From: an uncultured Deferribacteres bacterium
Lineage (GTDB): Bacteria; Zhuqueibacterota; Zhuqueibacteria; Zhuqueibacterales; Geothermadaptataceae
Direction: 5' to 3'
DNA length: 50,823 nt
Assembly (NCBI GenBank): GCA_964014485.1
Contig: CAXHAT010000031.1
Coordinates: 1 to 50,823 of the forward strand
In this document: piece by piece, positions 26,264 to 34,369 of the stretch
How the letters are laid out: each line of letters starts with the position of its first letter
Numbering within the stretch: position 1 is the stretch's first letter
Position numbers and translations under genes: made by a program
Notes under the pieces: model-generated
Told to the model about the DNA's origin: nothing
Seen by the model: the letters and a program-made list of their open reading frames with translations, nothing else
Databases searched by the model: none

Positions 26264-27763
26264 TCAGGCATGAAGCAGTTCATCTTTTTTCATTTCAGCC
26301 GTTTTCTTCTCAAATTCTTGCTTAACGGCGTCTTCCAAAATGCTGATCGCTTCGCTGCCCGTCTCATCATGAGAAAGAAGATAACCGGTGACGATGGAAT
26401 GCAGTTTTTCCGAATTTTCCACCGGCAACTTAAGCTTGAGCACCACTTTGTAAGTTTCGATAGCCTGATCATCTTCGCGCCCAAGTTTCAGGTAGACGGA
26501 CGCCAGCTTGCTGTAGTAGCCCATTTTCCCAGGGTTTCTGGCAAGCAACTTTTCATAGATGTGCGCAACATGATCCAGTCTGCCGCGTGCGTAGTAATAT
26601 TTCACTCTCACTTTGGAGGAATAGAGAAACCCAAAGAGCGGCACAAGCAGCAGGGCGGCCAGAGCAAGATTCAGTGCGGTGAAAAGCCCCTTTGATCCGA
26701 AGCTTGTCGATTCATTTGGGGATTGCGCTTTGAGCTCGCCGTTTTCAGCGCGATTATTTATTTGAGATTTTGAGTCTGAGAGAAGATTTGATTCAAGAGA
26801 AGAGCCGTTATCGCTCGATTGAACCGCGGGCGTTTGTTCCGAGCGCACAAAATCAGAATTCGCTGATTCGACATTTTCCCGGACGCCTTCCTGGATGGAT
26901 GCGTTGTATCTTTCAAGGCTTTTCCGCTCCTCGATCTCTTTTAGAAAATCAGCCGTGCTTTCATACTCCGGCTCGATTTCAAAAACTTTTAAGAATAGCT
27001 CATGAGCGTCGTCGATTCTTCCGTCCACATACGCGATCTGCGCTTGTTCATAGAGTCTCCCCGCGAAAGCCTTGATGGTTTGAAGCTCACGTTTGTTTTC
27101 AGCTTCTTTTAGGAGTTGCGACGCTTGCGCGTATTCCGGGTTGACGCGGATCACACGCTCAAACGATTGTATCGCTCTTTCCCATTTCCTGGCTTCATAA
27201 GCGCTCAGGCCAATTTGATAGTCACGCTCGATTTCGCTTACGCTCCGTCCCGGCTCCGACCTTTGTTGAGCTGAATTTTCAGTCTTTTTTAGATCATCCT
27301 TTCCCTGAGCTCCGACGTGAATCGCGCTCCCGTTTTCGGCGTCGATTCTGAGAATCTCATGGACGGAATCGTTAAGGTTAGAAGTAAAAATATAACCTAT
27401 TGCATTAGGATTGTCCGCCACGAGCGACCTCACAGCCTCGTCGTTCGCGGCGTAAATTGGATTTCTCGCTTTGTTCACATAGGCGGTTCGCATTCTTTGG
27501 GTGTGGATCGCCTGAAAAGAATCCTTGAGAAACAACCGGTAAAAGGTCGTTCTGGCTTCCGTCCGCTCTTGATCGACGACCTGCACTTTGTTGCCGTTTT
27601 CCCAAATGAACGCTCTGCCGACAAACATTTCCTTGATACGTTCCGCGCTCAGAAGCTCGCCCGAAGAACGAGACGTAATCACGCTGATTTGAGCATAAGC
27701 GACAGTGGACAATGCAAACCATGCGACCAGAAATCCTGTGTAGAACAAAGCTCGCTTCTTCAT
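26264..27763 (-). CDS. Single-pass membrane protein: PstS-like small binding domain, TPRs, TM helix, cytoplasmic TPR-like domain
   Basis: Signal peptide AYA-Q; IKEMFVGR..W.NG...DEAVRSLVADNPNAIGYI; TPRs; TM helix; start moved to ATG 27763. Confidence 0.75.
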   Translation of the reverse strand: MKKRALFYTGFLVAWFALSTVAYAQISVITSRSSGELLSAERIKEMFVGRAFIWENGNKVQVVDQERTEARTTFYRLFLKDSFQAIHTQRMRTAYVNKARNPIYAANDEAVRSLVADNPNAIGYIFTSNLNDSVHEILRIDAENGSAIHVGAQGKDDLKKTENSAQQRSEPGRSVSEIERDYQIGLSAYEARKWERAIQSFERVIRVNPEYAQASQLLKEAENKRELQTIKAFAGRLYEQAQIAYVDGRIDDAHELFLKVFEIEPEYESTADFLKEIEERKSLERYNASIQEGVRENVESANSDFVRSEQTPAVQSSDNGSSLESNLLSDSKSQINNRAENGELKAQSPNESTSFGSKGLFTALNLALAALLLVPLFGFLYSSKVRVKYYYARGRLDHVAHIYEKLLARNPGKMGYYSKLASVYLKLGREDDQAIETYKVVLKLKLPVENSEKLHSIVTGYLLSHDETGSEAISILEDAVKQEFEKKTAEMKKDELLHA

Positions 27764-28190
27764 TTCCCGCCTCACAAATTGGGTTAATATTTCAAGAACT
27801 GATATGTGAAATGCTGCAACGACCGAAATTCGGCTCAACTTGAAAAACGGCACAGTGCGCCTTCAAGACCTCCGATGCAATTTTGGTCGTCAAGCTGGAT
27901 TCTGAGCTCTGCGAGTTCTAAAGAAAACTCAAGATAACCGTTCTGAAAGCGCCGGCTTTCCGAAACGATCAATCGGGAATTTCCCGGATGCTGTCTTATT
28001 AGAAAGCTTGTCTGGGCTGGGTAAAAGCCCCAGGATTAAGTGCAAAAGATCAAATAGGTTCCAGGCTCCGAAAGCAGTCGACTCTCACCAAAGCGCGGCA
28101 AACGCTGAGTTAGAAAACTGCTTAATAGAATCTATTTGTCGGGCGATCTCTCGTAATTCTGGATTTCAAATTCACCAAATCGGAAAAATC

Positions 28191-28688
28191 TTAGCGCTCA
28201 ACGGCTAACGTTGATTTGCTGAAAAATGATTTCCGCGCCAAACGCGGCACAATCACGAGCAGCAAAAACGGTATTAAGACAAAAAGCTGTAAAAGTAGAA
28301 TTATGCCGACTGACACTCCTGCCAGAAACTGTATCATGCCAGACGGTTGTTTAGCTGCGAGGCGTATTTCAGGAATTCGCTCCCTGGCGTACTTTTCGTA
28401 ATCAGCCGCTTCTTCTAATGCCGGGTTCAGGATTCGGGCCCTGAAAAACTCATCAGCGGCTCGGTTCCACTCATGGTGCTTCATGGCGTTTAACCCATCA
28501 AGAAAATGCGCAGACGAAAGTAGCTGGGCGTCGCCATCATCGACATCAAGAGCGTAGCGGCGATCGGCAGTCGTATTTGGGAGTTTATTAAAACGGTTCA
28601 CGGGTAAATTCGCCGCTCCTGCAAATGCCGCACATTTTGGAAGTGCAGCAAACAGCACGAGCGCAGCGAGCATGTTTTTTTCCCACAT
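28191..28688 (-). CDS. Short single-TPR membrane protein
   Basis: Signal-like N-terminus, HFLDGLNAMKHHEWNRAADEFFRARILNP and a TM helix; GGAGG SD before ATG 28688. Confidence 0.6.
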   Translation of the reverse strand: MWEKNMLAALVLFAALPKCAAFAGAANLPVNRFNKLPNTTADRRYALDVDDGDAQLLSSAHFLDGLNAMKHHEWNRAADEFFRARILNPALEEAADYEKYARERIPEIRLAAKQPSGMIQFLAGVSVGIILLLQLFVLIPFLLLVIVPRLARKSFFSKSTLAVER

Positions 28689-29128
28689 TTGCGCCTCCAC
28701 CACAAATCAATCTCCAGCGGACGAGTCCCTTTTCCCTTGAGAAGCGCATTCGTTCGAAGTGCACGGTCGGCGGCATTCGAGGATTACTGCGTTCATCAAC
28801 CCAGAAGTCGTTTCGCGAAATTTTGTTGTTTTTTTCAGAAAGGGAAAAGATATCTTCCCTTCAAAGCCAGCGTAACGTAACAGGTCTAATTTGAGCCATA
28901 AGCGACTCAGAGCATGGCGCCGCGTCGAAGAACCGCATGTTTTCAAATCTCATTGCGCTTCCGCCGCTTGGCAATCCGCTAACCGGCAGATTCAAAGTCG
29001 GCAAACCGAATCTACGCAATTATCGAAATTAAAGCTTCGGAGGGCGTTCGATTCTGTTCGCATCACCCGTCCCCTTGTTCTCAAACTTCTTTTGAAGAGG
29101 GCGGAAAATAAAATTTCGGTTCGTCAAC

Positions 29129-29190
29129 AAAAAAGGCGGCGTTAAGAAAATGCGTCATCGGCATACCGACGCGTCTCTTCACTGCCGCCT
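29129..29190 (-). terminator. Long-stem hairpin with U6 tract
   Basis: Minus strand reads aggcggc...gcgtcggtatgccgatgacgc...gccgcctttttt. Confidence 0.6.
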
Positions 29191-29409
29191 CGTCCTAAGG
29201 CTTGAGAAACTTTTTAGGTAATGCAATTTGCCGTACTGCGTGTTTGGCAAATGAAAGGTCAAAATCGAATTCCACCAAAATCTTGAAATTTCGCGCAAAG
29301 AATATCGGCGTCGCCAGATGAGTGCAGAAAACTTTTGGAATATTTTACAAAAGGCGATTTTCCTGCTGGAGAAGAGTCTGGTTTGAGCGATTGCGTTCAT
29401 TTTCTCGCA

Positions 29410-29913
29410 TCACGTGCTGCGTCGTCGAACACTGACCACAACTCCATTTTCAAAAACGATTTCCAAAATATCAGGGTCAATGTTCAAACCCCCGGGGGCG
29501 TGACCAAGAAAGTAAATCCAAACCTCGCGATCCATTAGGCTGCTCTCGCCGCCGAGCAATTGTAAAACCTCTTGTCTGTTCTTGCCAATCAAAATGTTGC
29601 TCTCGATGAGGTCATGTGACATTTCATACCTTCGTTCGGCGTTGTGCTTCCACGCTTCGGCGTCGAATTTTTTATCGGGATAATAAGTCAGGACGGAAAT
29701 CAAGGAAAGAACGAGTGTCACGTAAACAAGCGGGGCGGCAAATAATGCAGCGAAACCGGCAAGCAGCGTTGCATTCTTTGGACGATTGATGCGTCTTCGA
29801 ATCAAGCTCCTGAATAGAAAAAACAAAATAGCGGCAATTGCCGCGTTGATCAGATAAAAGTCGAAGCCCAAATCGAACAGTGCAACCATCCAAAATCCTG
29901 GCGGAGATTTCAT
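29410..29913 (-). CDS. Hypothetical membrane protein with SmpA/OmlA-like C-terminal domain
   Basis: Two TM segments, then FDAEAWK..RYEM..DLI..LIGKNRQEVLQLLG...LEIVFENGVV; ATGA overlap with the upstream gene. Confidence 0.65.
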   Translation of the reverse strand: MKSPPGFWMVALFDLGFDFYLINAAIAAILFFLFRSLIRRRINRPKNATLLAGFAALFAAPLVYVTLVLSLISVLTYYPDKKFDAEAWKHNAERRYEMSHDLIESNILIGKNRQEVLQLLGGESSLMDREVWIYFLGHAPGGLNIDPDILEIVFENGVVVSVRRRST

Positions 29914-30302
29914 CGTTCCAACTTCATAAACTTGACCAACGACCGCGAATTGGCGTCCATGACGTAGCGATAAAGGCCGTTTGGCAGGCTGCGATCCGGT
30001 TGAAAAACATAATAGTGAACGCCCGGCTCTTGCACCTCGCTAAACAAAACAATTGAGCCGCCGTTCGAATGAACCAGCCTGAGCGTAACAAACAACCTTG
30101 CTTCCAGCTTGTAACGAATGAGCGTCGAATCCTTGAATGGATTTGGCGCATTCTGGTCGAGCGAAAAAAGCAGCGCCGCCGGTTCTCCGCCCGAATTCTT
30201 TTCGTCTTTTTCGTCCAGCCCCAGAGAATCACCGGACGAGCACCCAGATTGCACAAAGCATGTGCAGCATAGAAAGAACAAAAAGCGCAAATGCGTCTTC
30301 AT
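29910..30302 (-). CDS. Small lipoprotein made almost entirely of a T9SS-CTD/FlgD-like Ig domain
   Basis: Lipobox QSGC; FSLDQNAPNPFKDSTLIRYKL...LPNGLYRY..VKFMKL. Confidence 0.7.
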   Translation of the reverse strand: MKTHLRFLFFLCCTCFVQSGCSSGDSLGLDEKDEKNSGGEPAALLFSLDQNAPNPFKDSTLIRYKLEARLFVTLRLVHSNGGSIVLFSEVQEPGVHYYVFQPDRSLPNGLYRYVMDANSRSLVKFMKLER

Positions 30303-30350
30303 GCTTTAATCCCGAATTCAAATTCCGGCGGCGCATTTGAACGTTTCGGT

Positions 30351-31643
30351 TTAAGAATTTGCGATTGCTTCCTCCATCGCATCCGCAAAACGGTCGATTT
30401 CTTCCAGCGTTGTGTAAACGCTTGGAGAAATACGCAATCCTTCAAATTCCTTGTGTTTGATCGGCACGACGATGATACGCTGATCGTCCCACAACGATTT
30501 GGCCAATTCGCCGGTATCGACGCCTTCAATTTGCACGTTGGCAATGCCGCAGGCAAATCCGGGCTTTAAGCTGGTGTGTAATTTAACCCGATCGTTTTCA
30601 AGCAATCGTTTCGCCCAACGATCACGCAGGTAAACAAGCCGCGCTTCTTTATTTTTCGCCCCGATTCCCTGGTGAAAAGTGAGCGCTTCAGCAATCGCCA
30701 AATAATTCGCCGCCGGGTGGGTGCCGATTTCTTCGAATTTGCGAATATTGTCGTCCATCGGTTCCGGCGCCGCCATCATTGGCCAAAGGTCTCTAATTTT
30801 ATCTTTTCGTACGTAAAGCAGGCCGGTTCCATGCGGCGCAAAAAGCCATTTGTGCAGGCTGGAAGTATAATAATCGCAATCAAGATCGTTGTGGGTAAAA
30901 TCGAAGTGGGCAAAGGCATGTGCGCCGTCGACGATGACGGGAACGCCTTTCTTGCGCGCCATTTGAACGACCTGTTTCACCGGCAGGATTTGCCCGGTCA
31001 GGTTGATCATGTGACACATGAGAATGACTTTTGTTCGGGGGGTCATATTCTTTTCAAAGAGCCGAACGATTTCGTCAGGATCTTCCGCCGGAACCGGGAC
31101 TTTGAATTGTTTTAGGACAATGCCGTCGCGGCGTTCGCGCTGCTTCCAGGTGGTGATCATGCGCCCATAGTCTTGCGTCGTGGTCAGGACTTCGTCGCCT
31201 GGTTTCAGGTCAATGCCAAGCTGGCAAATCTGCAAGCTTTCCGAAGCGTTTCGCGTCAGTGCGATTTCTTCTGACGAACATTTGAATTCACGCGCCAACC
31301 GTTTGCGAACGCCTTCGCGCTCCGGTTCGAGAATCTGCCACATGCTGTAGACGGGCGCCGTATTCGAGTAATCCAAGTACCGCTTCATCGCCTCTTGTAC
31401 ATAATCCGGCGAAGGGCTGACGCCGCCGTTGTTCAGATTGACAAGGCTGCGATCTACGGTAAAAGCTTTTTGCACTTCGAACCAGATCGATTCTTCGCTT
31501 GCCGCCTGTGCCGGCGTACCCACGGGTTGTGCAAAAATTTCTTCAATGCGTTTTGCCGCGGCGAAGTTCAAGGTGGCGCCAACAAAACCGACCGCGCCTG
31601 TTTTTGCGGCAGTCCCCAGAAAACGTCGACGATTGTAAAGCAT
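30351..31643 (-). CDS. Tat-exported class V PLP aminotransferase (isopenicillin-N epimerase/cysteine desulfurase-like)
   Basis: NRRRFLG Tat motif; LNNGG, TRNASE, VDGAHA and SSLHKWL; ATG 31643 with a GGAGGA SD. Confidence 0.88.
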   Translation of the reverse strand: MLYNRRRFLGTAAKTGAVGFVGATLNFAAAKRIEEIFAQPVGTPAQAASEESIWFEVQKAFTVDRSLVNLNNGGVSPSPDYVQEAMKRYLDYSNTAPVYSMWQILEPEREGVRKRLAREFKCSSEEIALTRNASESLQICQLGIDLKPGDEVLTTTQDYGRMITTWKQRERRDGIVLKQFKVPVPAEDPDEIVRLFEKNMTPRTKVILMCHMINLTGQILPVKQVVQMARKKGVPVIVDGAHAFAHFDFTHNDLDCDYYTSSLHKWLFAPHGTGLLYVRKDKIRDLWPMMAAPEPMDDNIRKFEEIGTHPAANYLAIAEALTFHQGIGAKNKEARLVYLRDRWAKRLLENDRVKLHTSLKPGFACGIANVQIEGVDTGELAKSLWDDQRIIVVPIKHKEFEGLRISPSVYTTLEEIDRFADAMEEAIANS

Positions 31644-31815
31644 GACTTTCCTCCGTTTCGTTTGTTTCAAATGTCCGCCTTTATAAAATGAATACGCCGG
31701 ATTCCGCGATCCGCAAGGCATTTGAAACCAAGCCCGCACATGTTTTTCTTGCGCCGTCGCGGTTTGCTTCGCAATTTGAGTCAAAACAACAGATTTTCAA
31801 AACGGAGCATCAAAA

Positions 31816-32658
31816 ATGAAGTACATCGGCGCACATGTCAGCGCAAGCGGCGGGGTGGAGAACGCACCGCTCAACGCAAAAGCAATCGGCGCAAAAGCGT
31901 TTTCATTGTTTACGAAAAACCAGAGACAGTGGAAGGCAAAACCGTTAACGGAAGAAAGCATCGCCGCATTTAAGGAAAATTGTGCGGCCAACGGCTATGG
32001 TTCTGACCATATTATGCCGCACGACAGCTACCTCATCAACCTTGGTCATCCTGAGAAGGAAGCGCTGCAAAAGTCACGCGACGCTTTTCTGGACGAAGTG
32101 CAACGCTGCGAACAGCTTGGCATTAAATTGCTCAATTTCCACCCGGGCAGCCATCTCAAAAAGATTGACCTAAAAGATTGTCTTCGCATCATTGCCGATT
32201 CCATCAATTGGACGCACGCTCAAACAGAAGGCGTCGTCGCGGTGATTGAAAACACGGCGGGGCAAGGCAGCAACGTCGGATTTGAATTTTCGCAGCTTGC
32301 CGAAATCATCGAGCATGTTAAGGATCAATCTCGCGTCGGCGTTTGCATTGACACTTGCCACGCATTTGCCGCCGGTTATGAGCTGCGCACCCAGGAAGGA
32401 TTTGAGAAAACCATGAGCGAATTCGAGCAAGTCGTCGGCCTCGATTTTTTGCGCGGCGTACACCTAAACGATTCAAAAAAGCCGTTCGCCAGCCGTCGAG
32501 ATCGCCACGAAAACATCGGCGAAGGAGAAATTGGCGAGGCCGCATTTAAGTTTATCGTGAATGATCCCAGATTTGACAACATCCCAATGATTCTTGAGAC
32601 GCCGAATTCAGCAAAGTGGCAAGAGGAAATCGAAACGCTTTACAAATTGAGTTCATAG
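31816..32658 (+). CDS. nfo: Endonuclease IV (AP endonuclease)
   Basis: [51 protein letters not shown] and ILETP. Confidence 0.96.
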   Translation: MKYIGAHVSASGGVENAPLNAKAIGAKAFSLFTKNQRQWKAKPLTEESIAAFKENCAANGYGSDHIMPHDSYLINLGHPEKEALQKSRDAFLDEVQRCEQLGIKLLNFHPGSHLKKIDLKDCLRIIADSINWTHAQTEGVVAVIENTAGQGSNVGFEFSQLAEIIEHVKDQSRVGVCIDTCHAFAAGYELRTQEGFEKTMSEFEQVVGLDFLRGVHLNDSKKPFASRRDRHENIGEGEIGEAAFKFIVNDPRFDNIPMILETPNSAKWQEEIETLYKLSS

Positions 32659-32917
32659 CTGAAAGGGGGCGTTCAAAAAGCGAAAGCCTCTCAAAAGTCA
32701 AAGCATTGACATTCGAGAGGCCCATCGCCCAAACGAAAAAAGAAGGTGGCGATGAAGTTAGAAAAACGGAACCGCTTTCCCGTGTGTGAACGAAATGTCA
32801 CAACTTTTAAAAAATCTACTCCAAAGGTCAATTGAGCCTGCAGCCCGCCATTTTTTGCAGCGCAATTGAAGTTTTTCAACCGCCCAACCCAACATTGTCC
32901 AGATAGTGAAATATTTT

Positions 32918-33016
32918 TTGCTTTTGGCGCCAAACGCGTCTATTTTAGACGTTAAGCTCCGACGAGACGATTTCTGCGAAACAGGATAGAACGCCTTTTA
33001 CGTCGGGGCTTTTTTT
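32918..33016 (+). promoter_or_regulatory. sigma70-like promoter followed by an attenuator-like leader hairpin, upstream of terC
   Basis: ttgctt-N17-tatttt (32918-32946); stem aagctccgacg/cgtcggggctt with an inner GAAA-containing hairpin; U7 tract. Confidence 0.5.
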
Positions 33017-33028
33017 GTTTTAGATTTA

Positions 33029-33224
33029 CTACCTGACACTTTTTGCATAGGCTTCTAGAGCTGGCGAAAAAGGCCGGAAATGTCATGCTGGAAGCATCTT
33101 TTTTGATGCGCCCCTTGAACTTTTGACCATAATCTGTACTGGGCGATAACAAAGATTCTTACAGAATGACAAAACGGGGCCTTCCGACGGTTCAAAAATG
33201 CAGTTTACAAAAAGTGTCAGGTAG
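33029..33224. mobile_element. MITE-like element, family B, copy 2
   Basis: 17-bp perfect TIR ctacctgacactttttg; homologous to 15284-15480. Confidence 0.88.
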
Positions 33225-33259
33225 AGAAGTTCTAGAATGCTCACATCTTTGGAGAAAGA

Positions 33260-34297
33260 GTGATGACCATTTGGCTTTGGTTGGGGTTTCTCGTACTCGT
33301 CTTTGCGCTGCTTGCACTAGACCTCGGCGTCTTCAACAGAAAGCTGCATGTTATTAAAGCGAGAGAGGCATTGGGCTGGACGGCCTTTTGGATCTCGCTG
33401 GCGCTTGTTTTCAACGGCGCGGTTTATTTTATGTATGAGCATCACTGGCTGGGGATCGGCAGTGCGATAGGTCACGAGCTTACGGGCAAACAGGCCGCGC
33501 TTCAATTTTTCACCGGTTTTATCATAGAAAAATCTCTGAGCCTAGACAATATTTTCGTCATCGCACTCATTTTTTCATACTTCAATGTTCCGGGGAAATA
33601 CCAGCATCGCGTTTTGTTTTGGGGCATTATCGGAGCGCTTGTTACCCGCGGCGTCATGATCGTCGCCGGCGTCGCGCTCATCGAACGTTTTAGCTGGATG
33701 ATTTACGTTTTTGGCGCCTTGCTCCTTCTGACGGCGGTTCGGATGTTTATGACTGGAGAAGAAAAAGTCGAGCCGGAAAAGAACAAGCTCGTACTTTTTG
33801 CCCGACGATTCTTCACCGTATTCCCCAAAATCGAAAGCGAACGTTTCTTCACACGATTAAACGGGCAGTGGGCAATGACGCCGCTTTTTATTGTGCTGCT
33901 CGTTATTGAAAGTACAGATGTTCTGTTCGCGGTAGATTCTATCCCTGCAATTTTCGCGATTACCTACGACCCATTCATCATTTTTACTTCAAATGTGTTC
34001 GCCATACTCGGCCTGCGCTCACTCTATTTTGCATTGGCCGCCGTGCTGGAAAAATTTCGTTATATGAAAGCGAGTCTTGTTTTCGTGCTCGCATTCGTCG
34101 GCGTAAAAATGCTTTTATCGCAAATTTTCCATATTCCAACACTCATTTCACTTGGCGTCATTGGCGGTATATTGACGGCCGGCATTTTGGTCTCTTTATG
34201 GGCTTCGCGTAAGAATCATGATCTCGAGCCCAGAAAAAATCCGCCAAATAATCACGCCAAGCCACAGAAGCCTGTCAGGATAAAAGAAGCCGTGTAG
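33260..34297 (+). CDS. terC: TerC/Alx-family membrane protein
   Basis: EKSLSLDNIFV, QHRVLFWGIIGAL, DVLFAVDSIPAIFAIT and SNVFAILGLRSLYF. Confidence 0.92.
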   Translation: MMTIWLWLGFLVLVFALLALDLGVFNRKLHVIKAREALGWTAFWISLALVFNGAVYFMYEHHWLGIGSAIGHELTGKQAALQFFTGFIIEKSLSLDNIFVIALIFSYFNVPGKYQHRVLFWGIIGALVTRGVMIVAGVALIERFSWMIYVFGALLLLTAVRMFMTGEEKVEPEKNKLVLFARRFFTVFPKIESERFFTRLNGQWAMTPLFIVLLVIESTDVLFAVDSIPAIFAITYDPFIIFTSNVFAILGLRSLYFALAAVLEKFRYMKASLVFVLAFVGVKMLLSQIFHIPTLISLGVIGGILTAGILVSLWASRKNHDLEPRKNPPNNHAKPQKPVRIKEAV

Positions 34298-34369
34298 ATT
34301 TTTTCAGACCGCGCGTCCTTACGAGCCGATTCTTTTTGTCAGGGCGGCCTAAAAACAGGAAACACCGGC

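Noticed and set aside
26173..27953. Shared tgaaagcgcc upstream of two TPR genes as an operator
   Set aside because: Only a 10-bp non-palindromic match at different distances from the starts; too weak to call.
28040..28064. Possible sigma54 promoter for the TPR genes (tggaacc...)
   Set aside because: The GG-N10-GC spacing is not met.
28966..29020. Possible c-di-GMP-I riboswitch (ggcaaacc...acgcaa)
   Set aside because: The GAAA-capped stem is missing, and the motif halves are on inconsistent strands relative to the downstream gene.
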